DNA of 64,000 bases, from assembly GCA_039807095.1 (NCBI GenBank), contig JBDHQM010000007.1, positions 9,388-73,387 on the forward strand. Reading direction: 5' to 3'. A program made the position numbers and the translations under genes. This DNA comes from Kiritimatiellia bacterium (GTDB lineage Bacteria > Verrucomicrobiota > Kiritimatiellia > CAIVKH01). Below are positions 1-12,000 of the stretch, piece by piece. Numbering within the stretch: position 1 is the first letter of the stretch; every line of letters begins with the position of its first letter. The notes beneath the pieces are model-generated. The model did not search any database. It had not been told where the DNA came from and saw nothing but the letters and a program-made list of their open reading frames with translations.

Positions 1-40
1 GGTCACGATCACGTTCCATCTGATTAGCGATGGTTCCGGA

Positions 41-3000
41 TTGGATTGCCTGGCGAATCCGACGGACCTCGATTACGAGGACCCGGATCCGGCGACGGTT
101 CTGAATGTCACCGCACGTTCGGATTTCGGCTTCGGGAACGTTTGCAGTGATCCGTTGCAAGCCTCGATTTCTACGTCCGTCATGCCGAATCAACCGGATC
201 CAGATATTGACCTGCAGCCTAACAGTTTGTTGGTCACGAACGGGCAGGAAGTGATTTTCACGGCGAAGATCAGGAACAACGCGGATAAGGGCAATGCGGA
301 CAATCTCCACGCTCGCCTTCAGTTCGGCACGGGCTGGACGAATCTGACCTATGTCACAAATACCATTGTTTCCAGTAGCGTGACATCGTTTGTCTATGAG
401 ATTCAGGGCAGCACGAACGTCTTGATTTCACTGCCGGGCGTGGTGCTGGACCCGATTGACGATTACGTCGAAGTTAAATTCAAGGCTACGGCTCAGGCTA
501 ACGGCAATCCGCTTACTGCCCGCGCTGAAGTGGTGGGCGAGTGCCTTGCAGCGGGAATTGTTGCCCAGTGCACGTTCCTGAATACGCTGGGTGAACCACC
601 GATGGCGGATACGATGGATGGGACGACGATCCACCCCGCGAATGGCGTGTATTACGGCTTTGACCAGGATCAGTCGTTGGGCCTCGGGTTCAATCTCACG
701 AAGACTGTGCGTCTGGCGGGAGAGGCGGCACCTGGCGGAACAAACCGTCCGGCGCGTGTGGGTGAGGACTTGATTTATCGCATTCACGCCACGTACTTCG
801 GCCAGGTCTTCTCCAACGTGGTGGTGAAAGACAGTCTGCCGACGAATCTGGTGTTCGGTGTGCCGGTGGATGCGGGATCGAGCGCTGAAGTCACAAACTG
901 GACATGGAACGCGACGACAGGTGAGTTCACGCTGCCTTCGCCGATCACAAACAGTGTGGACTTCATTGTGGACATCCCGGTGATTGTCCGCAACTCGCTC
1001 GCGAATCAGGGCGAACTGAATAATCAAACCACCGTCACTAATATTGCCTCCACAACCTTCCACGTGACGGGCGCCACGAACGTGCCGCCGGACTCGTCAA
1101 CAACGATCAAAGTGGTGGAACCGGTTTTGGAGGTTATCAAGACCTCGAACGTCGGTACAAACCGCCTGCAGGCGGGCGACACGGTCATCTTCTCGAACGT
1201 GATTCGTCACACTTCGCAGTCTATGACCACGGCGTACGACGTGGTGTTCAGCGATACGCTGCCTCCGGGCCTCACGTTCACGGGCATCAGCCTTCTGCCT
1301 GACGGCGTGGACAACGATGGCGATGGCACCATTGACGAGGCTGACGAAGGCACCTTGATTTCGACCAACACCATCACGGTGACGACGAATAACAACATTC
1401 GTTTCCTCGCGCTTGCGACAAACGAGTCTGTCACCATTGTATTTGCAGCGATTGTGGATGATCAGTTTGTGAGCACGGTCATCACGAACCGCTCTAAGAT
1501 TGAATGGACCTCGCTGCCGGGAGTCGGCACGAATGGCCACGAGCGTACGGGCGATGAAGACGAGAACCCGGCGAACAAGTATTCGGATGATGATCCGGAG
1601 CCGGTTCCGCTCCAAGCCATCGGGGCGGTCACAAAGAGTCTGATCTGGACCTCGCAAACGAATACGGTGGACCCGCATGTGACGATCGGCGAGCGCATGG
1701 TGTATCGCCTCCGCGTGGACGTTCCGCAGGGTGTGATTTCGAATCTCGTTGTTACAGACGTAGTGCCGCCGGGGCTGGACTTCGTGGGTGTGAATACGAA
1801 CGTGGGCCTGAACTTCCCCGGCTATGGCTACAGCGTGTCGTTCCCTGCGGGCAATGCCTTCTTCGATACAAATTCGATCGTGGTGACGGATCCGGATCCC
1901 ACGCCTGCGGATTCGCTGACCAATGACGGCTCGGGTACTAACGTGGTCTTCAGGTTCGGCACCTTTACGAACGCGCCGGACAACAACCTGACGAACGATT
2001 ACTTCTTCCTCGATATGGAGTTCGTCGTCTTGAATATGCCGATCAACACGGGCTTGAGCGGGAATAGTTATTCAAACGTGAACCGGGCCATCGTCGCGGA
2101 CGCGTTCAGCAGCACGACGGTAACATCGCCGGTCTACAATATCGCGGAGCATCTGACCTCGGTTCGCAAGACGCGCACTCCCGCAGGGCAGGTGGACGCG
2201 GGTGATCTCATTACCTTCAGCATCATCGTCTCGAACAGCGCGTCGGCACTCGCAAATGCGTATGATCTGGTCGTGAGCGATGTGCTGTCCAACTCTCTGT
2301 TCGACACGAGCACGATTGTGAACACGGCGCTGCCGACGGGGTGGGCGATGGCGACGAATACGCTCGGGTTCGGCGCAGAGCTGGTGTTTAGCAGCGAGCC
2401 GGGCGTCGCGCTGGCGCCGGGACAGACGGTTACGGGAAGCTTCACCGTGGTGGCATCGCAATCGCTGCGGCCGAATCAGCGCTTCAATAACGTAGTGACG
2501 CTACCGGAAAGCGATACGATTGATGGCACTCAGCCGGGCGGAATCCCGGATCGCGATCGCGGAAGCACAAACACGACCGGTTTGAGTGTTGCGAATCTGC
2601 GTTTTGCCAAGTCGCTCTTCTCGACGAGTGAAACGAATCTTGTGGATTCGACGAGCACCAACGTGCAGGTCGGCGAAATTGTCACGTATCGCCTCGATGT
2701 GACCATGCCGGAAACTACGATCACGAATCTCCTCGTGACGGATGATCTTCCGCTGGGCATGGGCTACATCATCGGGTCCGCGCGTGTGGATACGAATGGC
2801 TTCGGCGGTACGCTGGGCACATTCAACGTATTGGGGCCGGTCGGGGTGAACGGCACGCCTGCGCCGAGCGGATCGAACGTGGTTATCCGGTTCGACGGCC
2901 TGTCGGTCGTCACGGGCGACAACAACACGAATAACAACAGCTTCGCGATTTATCTCGATGCTGTCGTGCTGAACACGAACACGGTCGTGGGTCTTCCGGG

Positions 3001-6000
3001 CAACCAGACCCTTCTTACGAACACGGCAAGTGTGACGTTCTCGGGCAATCCGTCGAACGCCATCCCGGCCGGTCCGGTGGTGACGCCGGTGATTGAGCCT
3101 CGTCTCGATATTCTCAAGGATATTGATATTGATACCGGCGATGCAGGCGATATTGCGACGATTACGCTTACGGTGACGAACAACGGGTTGGCTACGGCGT
3201 ACAACGTCGTGGTGACAGACTACATCGCGCAGGCGTTCTTCGACATTGGCTCCTTGACGCCTGTCACGATCCCGGCTGGATTCGTCTATACAGTCACGAC
3301 AAATCTGCCGGATGCAACGGTGTTCATCTCGTCTGATCCGGCGTCCGGTCAGCCGACAAACACGATTGAAGTAGGTGAGACGGTGACCTTCGTCTTTACT
3401 GCTGCGCTCTCGCAGAGCGTGAAGCCGCAGTCGTCGTATGAAAACGTTGCGGGTATCGAGAGCTATGACTCGATCTACAACACGCCGACGAGCGGGGTGG
3501 AGCGCACGTACGAAGGGCCGGAATCCTCGGATTCTGTGGATACACCCTCGCTCGCGCTTGCGAAAGCGCTCGTCCGCACCTCCGAGACGGGGCCGGTGGA
3601 TACGACCGGTTCCGACGTTACGATCGGTGAGGTTGTTACGTATCGCCTCACGGTGACGTTGCCGGAATCCACGATCACCAACTTGATCGTCACGGACTTC
3701 CTGCCGGTTGGCATGCAGTATTGGAGCAATGTGGTGGTGGATACCAGCGGCTTCGGCGGCACACTGCCGGGCACTCCGACGGTCAGTGGCGGCGGCGGCA
3801 ATGGTGCGCTTGTATCCTTCCAGTTTGTCGGCGCGACGGTCGTCACGGGTGACAACAACACGAACAACAACAGCTTTTCGATTGAATTCGACGCGCTGGT
3901 GCTCGATGTGGCAACAAATGACGGATTGCCTCCGTCCGTTGATGGCGATGGGACCACGATTCTCACGAATCGCGCGCAGGTGACTTTCCCGGGCAACATG
4001 AATGATCCGACGCCGTCGGATCCGGTGGTTGTCCAGGTGGTTGAGCCGTCGCTGTTGATTCAGAAGACGATGAGCGGGCCGAGCAACGGCGTGGTGATAA
4101 TTGATCTCGTGGTCACGAACCGCGGCCTTGCAACGGCGTTTGATGTCGCTGTGACCGACTTGATCAGCACGGCGTGGTTCGACACGACGACCATTGCGCC
4201 GGTTAGCATTCCGGTTGGCTTCACGTTCAATTCTGCCGGCGCACCGGGCAATGCCACGATCACGATCGCGAGCGATCCGGCGAGCGGTCAGCCGACAAAC
4301 TCGATTGAAGTTGGCGAGACGGTTGCGTTCCGCTTCCGCGCGACGCTGATCCCGGGCGCGACGGGTGTGATCTCGAACACCGCCGTTGTATCCGAGTACA
4401 GCACGATTGATGGTGACGATCCCAATGAACGCGATGAGCCGCCTGCGGATGACGACGACGAACTCCCGCTTCCGAGCTTCTCGATTGCGAAGACGTTGAC
4501 GAGTCCGACGGGTCGCCCCGCAGAGGTGGGCGAGGATGTCCGCTTCACGATCACGGTGCAGAACACCGGCCCGATTGGTTTGGGCGTGGTTCCGCTGCAG
4601 GACATTTATGATGTCGCGTACCTCGCGTTCTCGAATGCGACGCCGACAGAGACGTCCGCTTCGCCGGGCGCGATTAACTGGGCGGATGTCGGCCCACTGC
4701 CGGTGGGTGCCAGTACGAATATTATCGTGGACTTCATTGCGCTGCAGACCACGCCTCCGGGCGGAACAACGAACCGCGCTATTGCGTCGGCCACGACAAC
4801 GAACGGCTTGCCGCTGCCTCCGCAGACGTCGAGCGTGCCGGTTGAAGTGTTGACGCCGGGCTTTACACTGGTGAAGCAGCTCATCACGCCGACGGGTGTC
4901 GCGACGGTGGGCCAGGATGTGGTCTTTACAATCACGCTCTCCAACAGTGGCGAAATCGGGTTGGATCCCGTGCCGGTGGTGGATACCTACGATACTGCGC
5001 GCCTGACCTTTGTGTCTGCTGCACCGGTGCAGGATTCTGCGTTGCCGGGCACAATTACGTGGACAAACGTCGGCCCGTTGGGCGTGGGCGATTCCATTGT
5101 GTTGACGACACGGTTCACAATGGCCTCCAGCACGTGGCCGAACGACACGACGAACATCGTGGTGGCATCGCCGTCCACGACAAACGGCGTGCCGCTCGAT
5201 CCGCAAACATCGAGTGTGCCGGTTCAGTCCGCTGCGCCGGCAATTGGCCTCATCAAGCTGGCAGGTAGCGCGCCGGATGGCGGCGTTCACTACACGAATG
5301 CTGGCGCGGATGTCGTCTATACCTACATGGTGACGAACAGCGGCGATACGCATCTGTCGAGTGTGACCGTGACGGACGACGTGTTGGGCGTGATTGGTAC
5401 GGTGACGAATGTCATGGCGCCGGGCGACATCGCATTCCTCTACTGGACATCGAGCATTCCGAGCGCGGTGACAAACTGGGGCACAGTGATTGGCACGCCG
5501 AGCTACACGAACGGCACGCCGATTCCGGGCCTCACGAACGTCGTGGCAACGAACGACGCGATCGTCGAAATCTTCGCCGCGATCGGGGACTACGTCTGGC
5601 TGGATGTGAACGGAGATGGCATCCAGAGCGGCGGTTCAGAGACGGGTATTCCGGGCGTGGTGGTGACGTTGTATGACGCTGCGACGAACGTATTGAGCAC
5701 GACGACGACGGATTCAACGGGCTACTACAGCTTCACGAACCTCGTGCCGGGCGCGTATTTCGTCGGCTTCACGCCGCCGAGTGGCTACATGCTCACGCAA
5801 CAGGATCAGGGTGGTGACGATACGGTGGATAGTGACGCGGATCCGGTCACCGGCTTCACGGCGCTGACGGTGTTGGAATCCGGCGAGTATGATCCGACGT
5901 GGGATGCAGGCTTGCTGCGCCTCGCCTCGCTGGGCGACTTCGTCTGGAATGATCTGAACGGCGATGGCATTCAGGACGCGGGCGAGCCGGGTGTCTCGAA

Positions 6001-9000
6001 CGTGACGGTGACGCTATACGATGCGAGCTCGAACGTGGTCGGTACGACCACGACGGACTCGAACGGTCTGTACCTCTTCACAAATCTGGTGCCGGGTACG
6101 TACTTCGTCGGCTTCACGCCGCCTGCGGGCTTCGTGTTCACGCAGCAAGATCAGGGCGGAGATGACACGCTTGATAGCGATGTGAATCCGAGCACGGGCT
6201 TCACAATTCCGACGACGCTGGTCTCGGGCGAAAACGACCTGACGTGGGATGCAGGCTTGGTCAAACCGGCTGCGCTGGGCGACTTTGTCTGGAACGACTT
6301 GAATGCGGACGGCATTCAGGATTCGGGTGAGCCGGGGTATCCGGGTGTTGTTGTCAATCTGTTGAGCAACGGTGTGGTGACCGCCACGACGACGACGGAT
6401 GTGAATGGCGCGTATGCGTTCACGAACCTGTGGCCGGGCACGTATGCGGTTGAATTCATTGCGCCAACGGGCACGGTGATCAGTCCGCTCGATCAAGGTG
6501 GGGACGATACGGTGGATAGCGATGCGGATCCGAATCAGAATGGCCGCACCGCTGATGTCGTCCTGCAGTCGGGTGATAATAATCCGACGCTGGACGCGGG
6601 ACTTTATCTGCCTGCGCGCCTGGGCGACTTCGTCTGGCTCGATCGCAACGGCGACGGTATTCAGGATCCGGGTGAGCCGGGTGTCTCGAATGTGACGGTG
6701 ACGCTCTATGATGCGAACAGCAACGCTCTGGCGACGACGACAACGGATGGCGCCGGTGCATACGGATTCACGAATCTGGTCCCGGGCACGTACTTCGTTG
6801 GCTTCACGCTGCCTGCGGGCTTTGAGTTCACCCGTCAGGATCAGGGCACTGATGATCGTTGGGACAGCGACGCAGACCCGATTACGGGCTTCACAGCTCC
6901 GACGACGCTGATCTCGGGCGAGAATGATCCGACGTGGGATGCCGGTTTGATTCAGCGCGCTTCGCTGGGCGATTACGTCTGGGAAGACACGAATGCCGAC
7001 GGCATTCAGGATGTGGGCGAGCCTGCGTTCTCGAATGTGGTGGTGAACCTGTTGAGCAACGGTGTGGTTATTGCCACGACGACGACGGATGTGAACGGTG
7101 CATACGCGTTCACGAATCTGTGGCCGGGTGAGTACGAAGTGGAATTCGTGCCGCCGCCGGGCACACACTTCAGCCCGCCGAATCAGGGTGGCGACGACAC
7201 GGTGGACAGCGATGCTGACACCGGCACGGGTCGCACGGGTACGGTCACGCTGGAATCCGGCGAGAATAACACGACGCTGGATAGCGGTCTGTACTATCCG
7301 GCGAGCCTGGGCGACTTCGTCTGGCTCGATCGCAACGGTGACGGAATCCAGAGCGGTGGCTCAGAGACTGGAATTCCGGGCGTCGTGGTGACGCTATATG
7401 ATGCAAGCTCGAATGTGTTGGGTACGGCGACGACCGACGCAACGGGCTTCTACAGCTTCACGAACCTGGTGCCGGGTACCTACTTCGTCGGCTTCACTCC
7501 ACCGGCGGGCTACGAGCTCACTGTTCAGGATCGTGGTGGCGACGATACGCTCGACAGCGATGCTGATCCGATCACCGGATTCACGATTCCGACGACCCTG
7601 GTCTCGGGTGAGAACGATCCGACGTGGGATGCGGGCTTAATCCAGCGTGCAGCGTTGGGTGACTTCGTCTGGGAAGACAAGGATGCTGATGGCATTCAGG
7701 ACGCCGGCGAACCCGGATTCTCGAATGTGGTAGTGAACCTGCTGAGCAACGGCGTGGTCATCGCGACGACGACGACGGATGTGAACGGTGCCTATGCGTT
7801 CACGAATCTGTGGCCGGGCGAGTATCAGGTGGAGTTCGTTCCGCCTGCGGGTTCTGTCTTCACGGGTCAGGATCAGGGTGGCGATGACACTGTGGATAGC
7901 GACCCGGATCGCTTCACCGGTCTGACCGGAACAATCACACTGGAATCGGGTGACAACGACACGACAATTGATGCCGGTCTCTTTATCCCGGCGCGCTTGG
8001 GCGACTTTGTCTGGCTCGATGTGAACGGCAACGGCATTCAGGACGCCGGCGAGCCGGGCGTGTCGAATGTTGTAGTGCACCTCTACGACGATACGCTGGC
8101 GATGGTGGATACCACCACGACTGACGGCACGGGTTACTACAGCTTCACAAATCTTCTGCCGGGCACGTACACGGTCGGGTTTGAACTGCCTGCGGGTTAT
8201 CAATTCACTCTGCAGAATCAGGGCGGTGACGACACTGTGGATAGCGATGCTGACCGCGTCACCGGCATGGCGACCGCGACCACGCTGGAGTCTGGCGACA
8301 ATGACACGACGTGGGATGCGGGTTTGTACATCCCGGCGAGCTTGGGAGACTTCGTGTGGCTCGATCGCAACGGCGATGGCATTCAGGATTCGGGTGAGCC
8401 GGGTGTATCGAATGTGCTGGTGACGCTCTATGATGCGAACAGCAACGCCTTGGCGACGACGACAACGGATGGCAGCGGTGCCTACGGATTCACGAATCTG
8501 ATACCAGGCACGTACTTCGTCGGTTTCACGCTGCCTGCGGGCTTTGAGTTCACCCGCCAGGATCAGGGTGGCGATGACACGCTCGACAGCGATGCCGATC
8601 CGGTCACCGGTTTCACGATCCCGACGACGCTGATATCGGGTCAGAACGATCCGACGTGGGATGCCGGCTTGATTCAGCGCGCTTCGCTGGGCGATTACGT
8701 CTGGGAAGACACGAATGCCGACGGCATTCAGGATGTGGGCGAGCCTGCGTTCTCGAATGTGGTGGTGAACCTGTTGAGCAACGGTGTGGTTATTGCCACG
8801 ACGACGACGGATGTGAACGGTGCATACGCGTTCACGAATCTGTGGCCGGGTGAGTACGAAGTGGAATTCGTGCCGCCGCCGGGCACACACTTCAGCCCGC
8901 CGAATCAGGGTGGCGACGACACGGTGGACAGCGATGCTGACACCGGCACAGGCCGCACGGGTACGGTCACGCTGGAATCCGGCGAGAACAACACGACGCT

Positions 9001-12000
9001 GGATAGCGGTCTGTACTATCCGGCGAGTCTGGGCGACTTCGTCTGGCTCGATATTGATGGTAATGGCGTTCAGGACGGCGGCCCCGAAGCGGGTATTGCG
9101 AATGTTCTCGTGACGCTGTACGACGCGCAGTCCAATGCGTTGGCTACAACGACCACAGATGGAACCGGCTTCTACAGCTTCACGAATCTGGTGCCGGGTA
9201 CCTACTTTGTCGGCTTTACGCCGCCTGCCGGCTATGCGATTACGCTGCGCGATCAGGGCGGCGACGACACGCTGGACAGCGATGCGGATCCGATTACGGG
9301 CTTCACGATTCCGACGACGCTGGTCTCGGGCGAGAACGATCCGACGTGGGATGCAGGCCTCTACATTCCTGCCTCGTTGGGCAACTTCGTCTGGGATGAC
9401 CTGAATCGCGACGGCATTCAGGGTCTCACGGAGCCGGGTGTGTCGAACGTCACGGTCCAACTCTATGATGCAGCAAATGTGCTGATCGCGACGACCAATA
9501 CCGATGCGAGCGGTTTCTACAGCTTCACAAATCTGATTCCGGGCACGTACTCGGTGACATTTGTTCTGCCGAGTCAGTATGAGTTCACCTTGCAGGATCA
9601 GGGTGGCGACGATGATCTGGACAGCGACGCGGATCCGATTACGGGCGCTGCGATTCAGACCGTGCTGGTTTCGGGTGAGAATGACCTCTCGTGGGATGCG
9701 GGTATCTTCCGCCGTGCGTCGCTGGGCGACTTCGTCTGGCTGGATACGGATGGAGACGGCGTTCAGGATCCGGGTGAGAGCGGAATGACCAACGTTGTGG
9801 TGAACCTGCTCGATACGAACGGTGTCGTCATTGCGACAACGGTCACCGACAGCACGGGCTACTACAGCTTCACAAATCTGCTGCCGGGCACATACGCGGT
9901 TGAGGTGATTCCTCCTGCAGGCTTCGCCTTCAGCCTGCCGGGCCAGGGCGGCGACGGTTCGCTCGACAGCGATGTGGACGTGAATACCGGCCGCACGCCG
10001 TACGTGACGCTGATCTCCGGTGAGCACAATCCGACACTTGATGCGGGCCTGCACATTCCGGCGTCGCTGGGCGATTTCGTCTGGCACGATTATGACGGCG
10101 ATGGTCTGCAAGGCGCTAGCGAGACCGGCATGCCGGGTGTGGTGGTACACCTCTACAATACGAATGGCGTGATCGTTTCGACGACCACCACGGACGTGAA
10201 CGGCGCGTATCTGTTCACGAATCTGATGCCCGCGTTCTATTACGTGGAGTTCGTGCCTCCGACGGGCTACCAGTTCACCAAGCCGGATATTGGCATTGAT
10301 GATGAGCTGGACAGCGATGTGGATCCGCTGTCCGGTCTGACAGTTGTCACCCAGCTCCTCAGCGGCGAAAACGATCTCTCGTGGGATGCCGGTGTCTATC
10401 TGCCAGCCACATTGGGCGATCAGGTCTTCGAGGATCTGGACTACAACAGTGTCTTCGACGGGCCGGGTGAAATCACTCCGAGCGTGACCGGATTGACCGT
10501 GAATCTCTATCTGGACAACGGTACATTTGTCACGTCCACCGTGACAGATGCCACGGGAGCGTATCTGTTCACGAACCTGCCTCCGGCGACCTATGTCGTG
10601 GAGTTCGTGAAGCCGACAAACTTCGTGTTTGTGACTCCGCTGCAGGGTGGTGACACGAATCTGGACAGCAATGCGGATCAGGTCACCGGTCGCACGGATC
10701 CGATCACGCTCTACTCGGGCGATGACGATCGCACCTGGGATGCGGGTCTCGCGCGCTACGGCGCACTGGGCGACTTCGTCTGGTGGGACATCAACAACGA
10801 TGGAATCCACGCGGAAGACCTGACGTTCTACGGCATCAACGATGTAACCGTGCGCCTCTATCGCGTGCAGGGCGGCGTGACCAGCTTCCTTGCCCAGGCA
10901 GTCACGGCGACAGATACGAACGGGAATAAGGGACACTACTTCTTCCCGGCGCTCGAGTTTGGCGATTACTACGTTGAAGTGGATACACACGGCATTCCGA
11001 ACTGGCTGCCGCGCCATACCACGGTACTGAGCTACAACGTGACGATCAGCCCGCAGTACGTGTTCTATGATGCGGACTTCGGCTTCAACCTCGATCCGAC
11101 GGCGATCACCTTGCGCTATCTGCGCGCGGTTCGCACGGACGACGGGGTGCGCGTGGAGTGGGCGACAGCCTCGGAATTCGAAAACCTCGGCTATCACATC
11201 TATCGCGCGGCATCGCCTGACGGCGAACGCGTCCGCCTGACCGGCGAGATGATTATGGGCCAGGGTACTGGCAATGGCTCCACCTACGCGTTCGATGATG
11301 TCGGCGCGGATGCCGATGCGGCGTGGTACTGGCTGGAAGATATCAGCGAAACATTCGAGACGACTCTGCACGGCCCTGTTTCGGCAGGCGAAGCGGAGGA
11401 GGACGAAGAAGAGACCGGAACGCAACTGGTCGGCAACTTCGGCATCGAAGCCGCTGGCGCCGGTATCTATCGCCTGAGCTACGAAGAGCTTGTGCGCGCC
11501 GGTATTGCGGCAAATTCGCTGCGGGTTGCGGACCTCAAGCTGATTCTTGGCGGTGAGGAGGTCGCGCTCCTGCCGATTGCGCAGGGCGACACCCTCGCGT
11601 CTGGCGACAGCGTGCTCTTCTATGTGCCTGCGCATGATCGTGCGCTCTCGGTCTCCATTGAAACCGGTGCGGATGCGCTGCGAATGGGGTGGGCGTATGG
11701 GGAGCCTGCGCCGGAAGGTACCCTGTGGACGGGCGTTGTTCGCTCCGACGGACAGTTGCCGTTTGAAGTCTCGCCAGCATCGCAACGCTACTTGTTGGTT
11801 GGCTTTGAAGGCGACGGCGCGATGGTGCTCGACGTCACTGACGCGCACCGTCCGCTGGTGCTCTTCGACTACGCAGTCCTCAATATCCCGGGCCAGAGCG
11901 GCATTCTCTTGAGCTACGAGGTTGAAGAGGCGGCACAGTGTCTGGCGGTCCAGCTGGATGCCGTGCGCGACGTCACTGGCGTCACGCGCGCCGAGCCGTA

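Larger units (their letters stand above)
5587..10990 (+). repeat. In-frame tandem coding repeat array of about 16 units of ~342 nt (SdrD-B-like / Cna-B-like domains with a DxNGDG Ca-binding loop) inside the giant adhesin gene.
   Basis: The array runs from 'IGDYVWLDVNGDGIQSGG' near nt 5587 to '...YYVEVDTHGIPNW' near nt 10990. The protein-level periodicity is visible in the ORF translation. Confidence 0.7.

Noticed and set aside
2501-5353. 950-aa minus-strand ORF, plus many others inside the adhesin gene.
   Set aside because: It lies entirely antisense to a far longer, repeat-structured, domain-rich + strand ORF. Its translation is Arg/His-rich low-complexity text typical of spurious antisense frames in GC-rich DNA. 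It has no recognisable domain.
5587-10990. Possible CRISPR or other non-coding repeat array.
   Set aside because: The repeats are 342 nt, in frame, and translate to a conserved protein domain. There are no short unique spacers between constant repeats.
7637-11848. 1403-aa minus-strand ORF, and the similar 384-aa ORF at 6014-7168.
   Set aside because: It is antisense to the SdrD-B repeat array. Its internal repetition merely mirrors the sense-strand repeats. It has no motifs or signal peptide and a poor start context.
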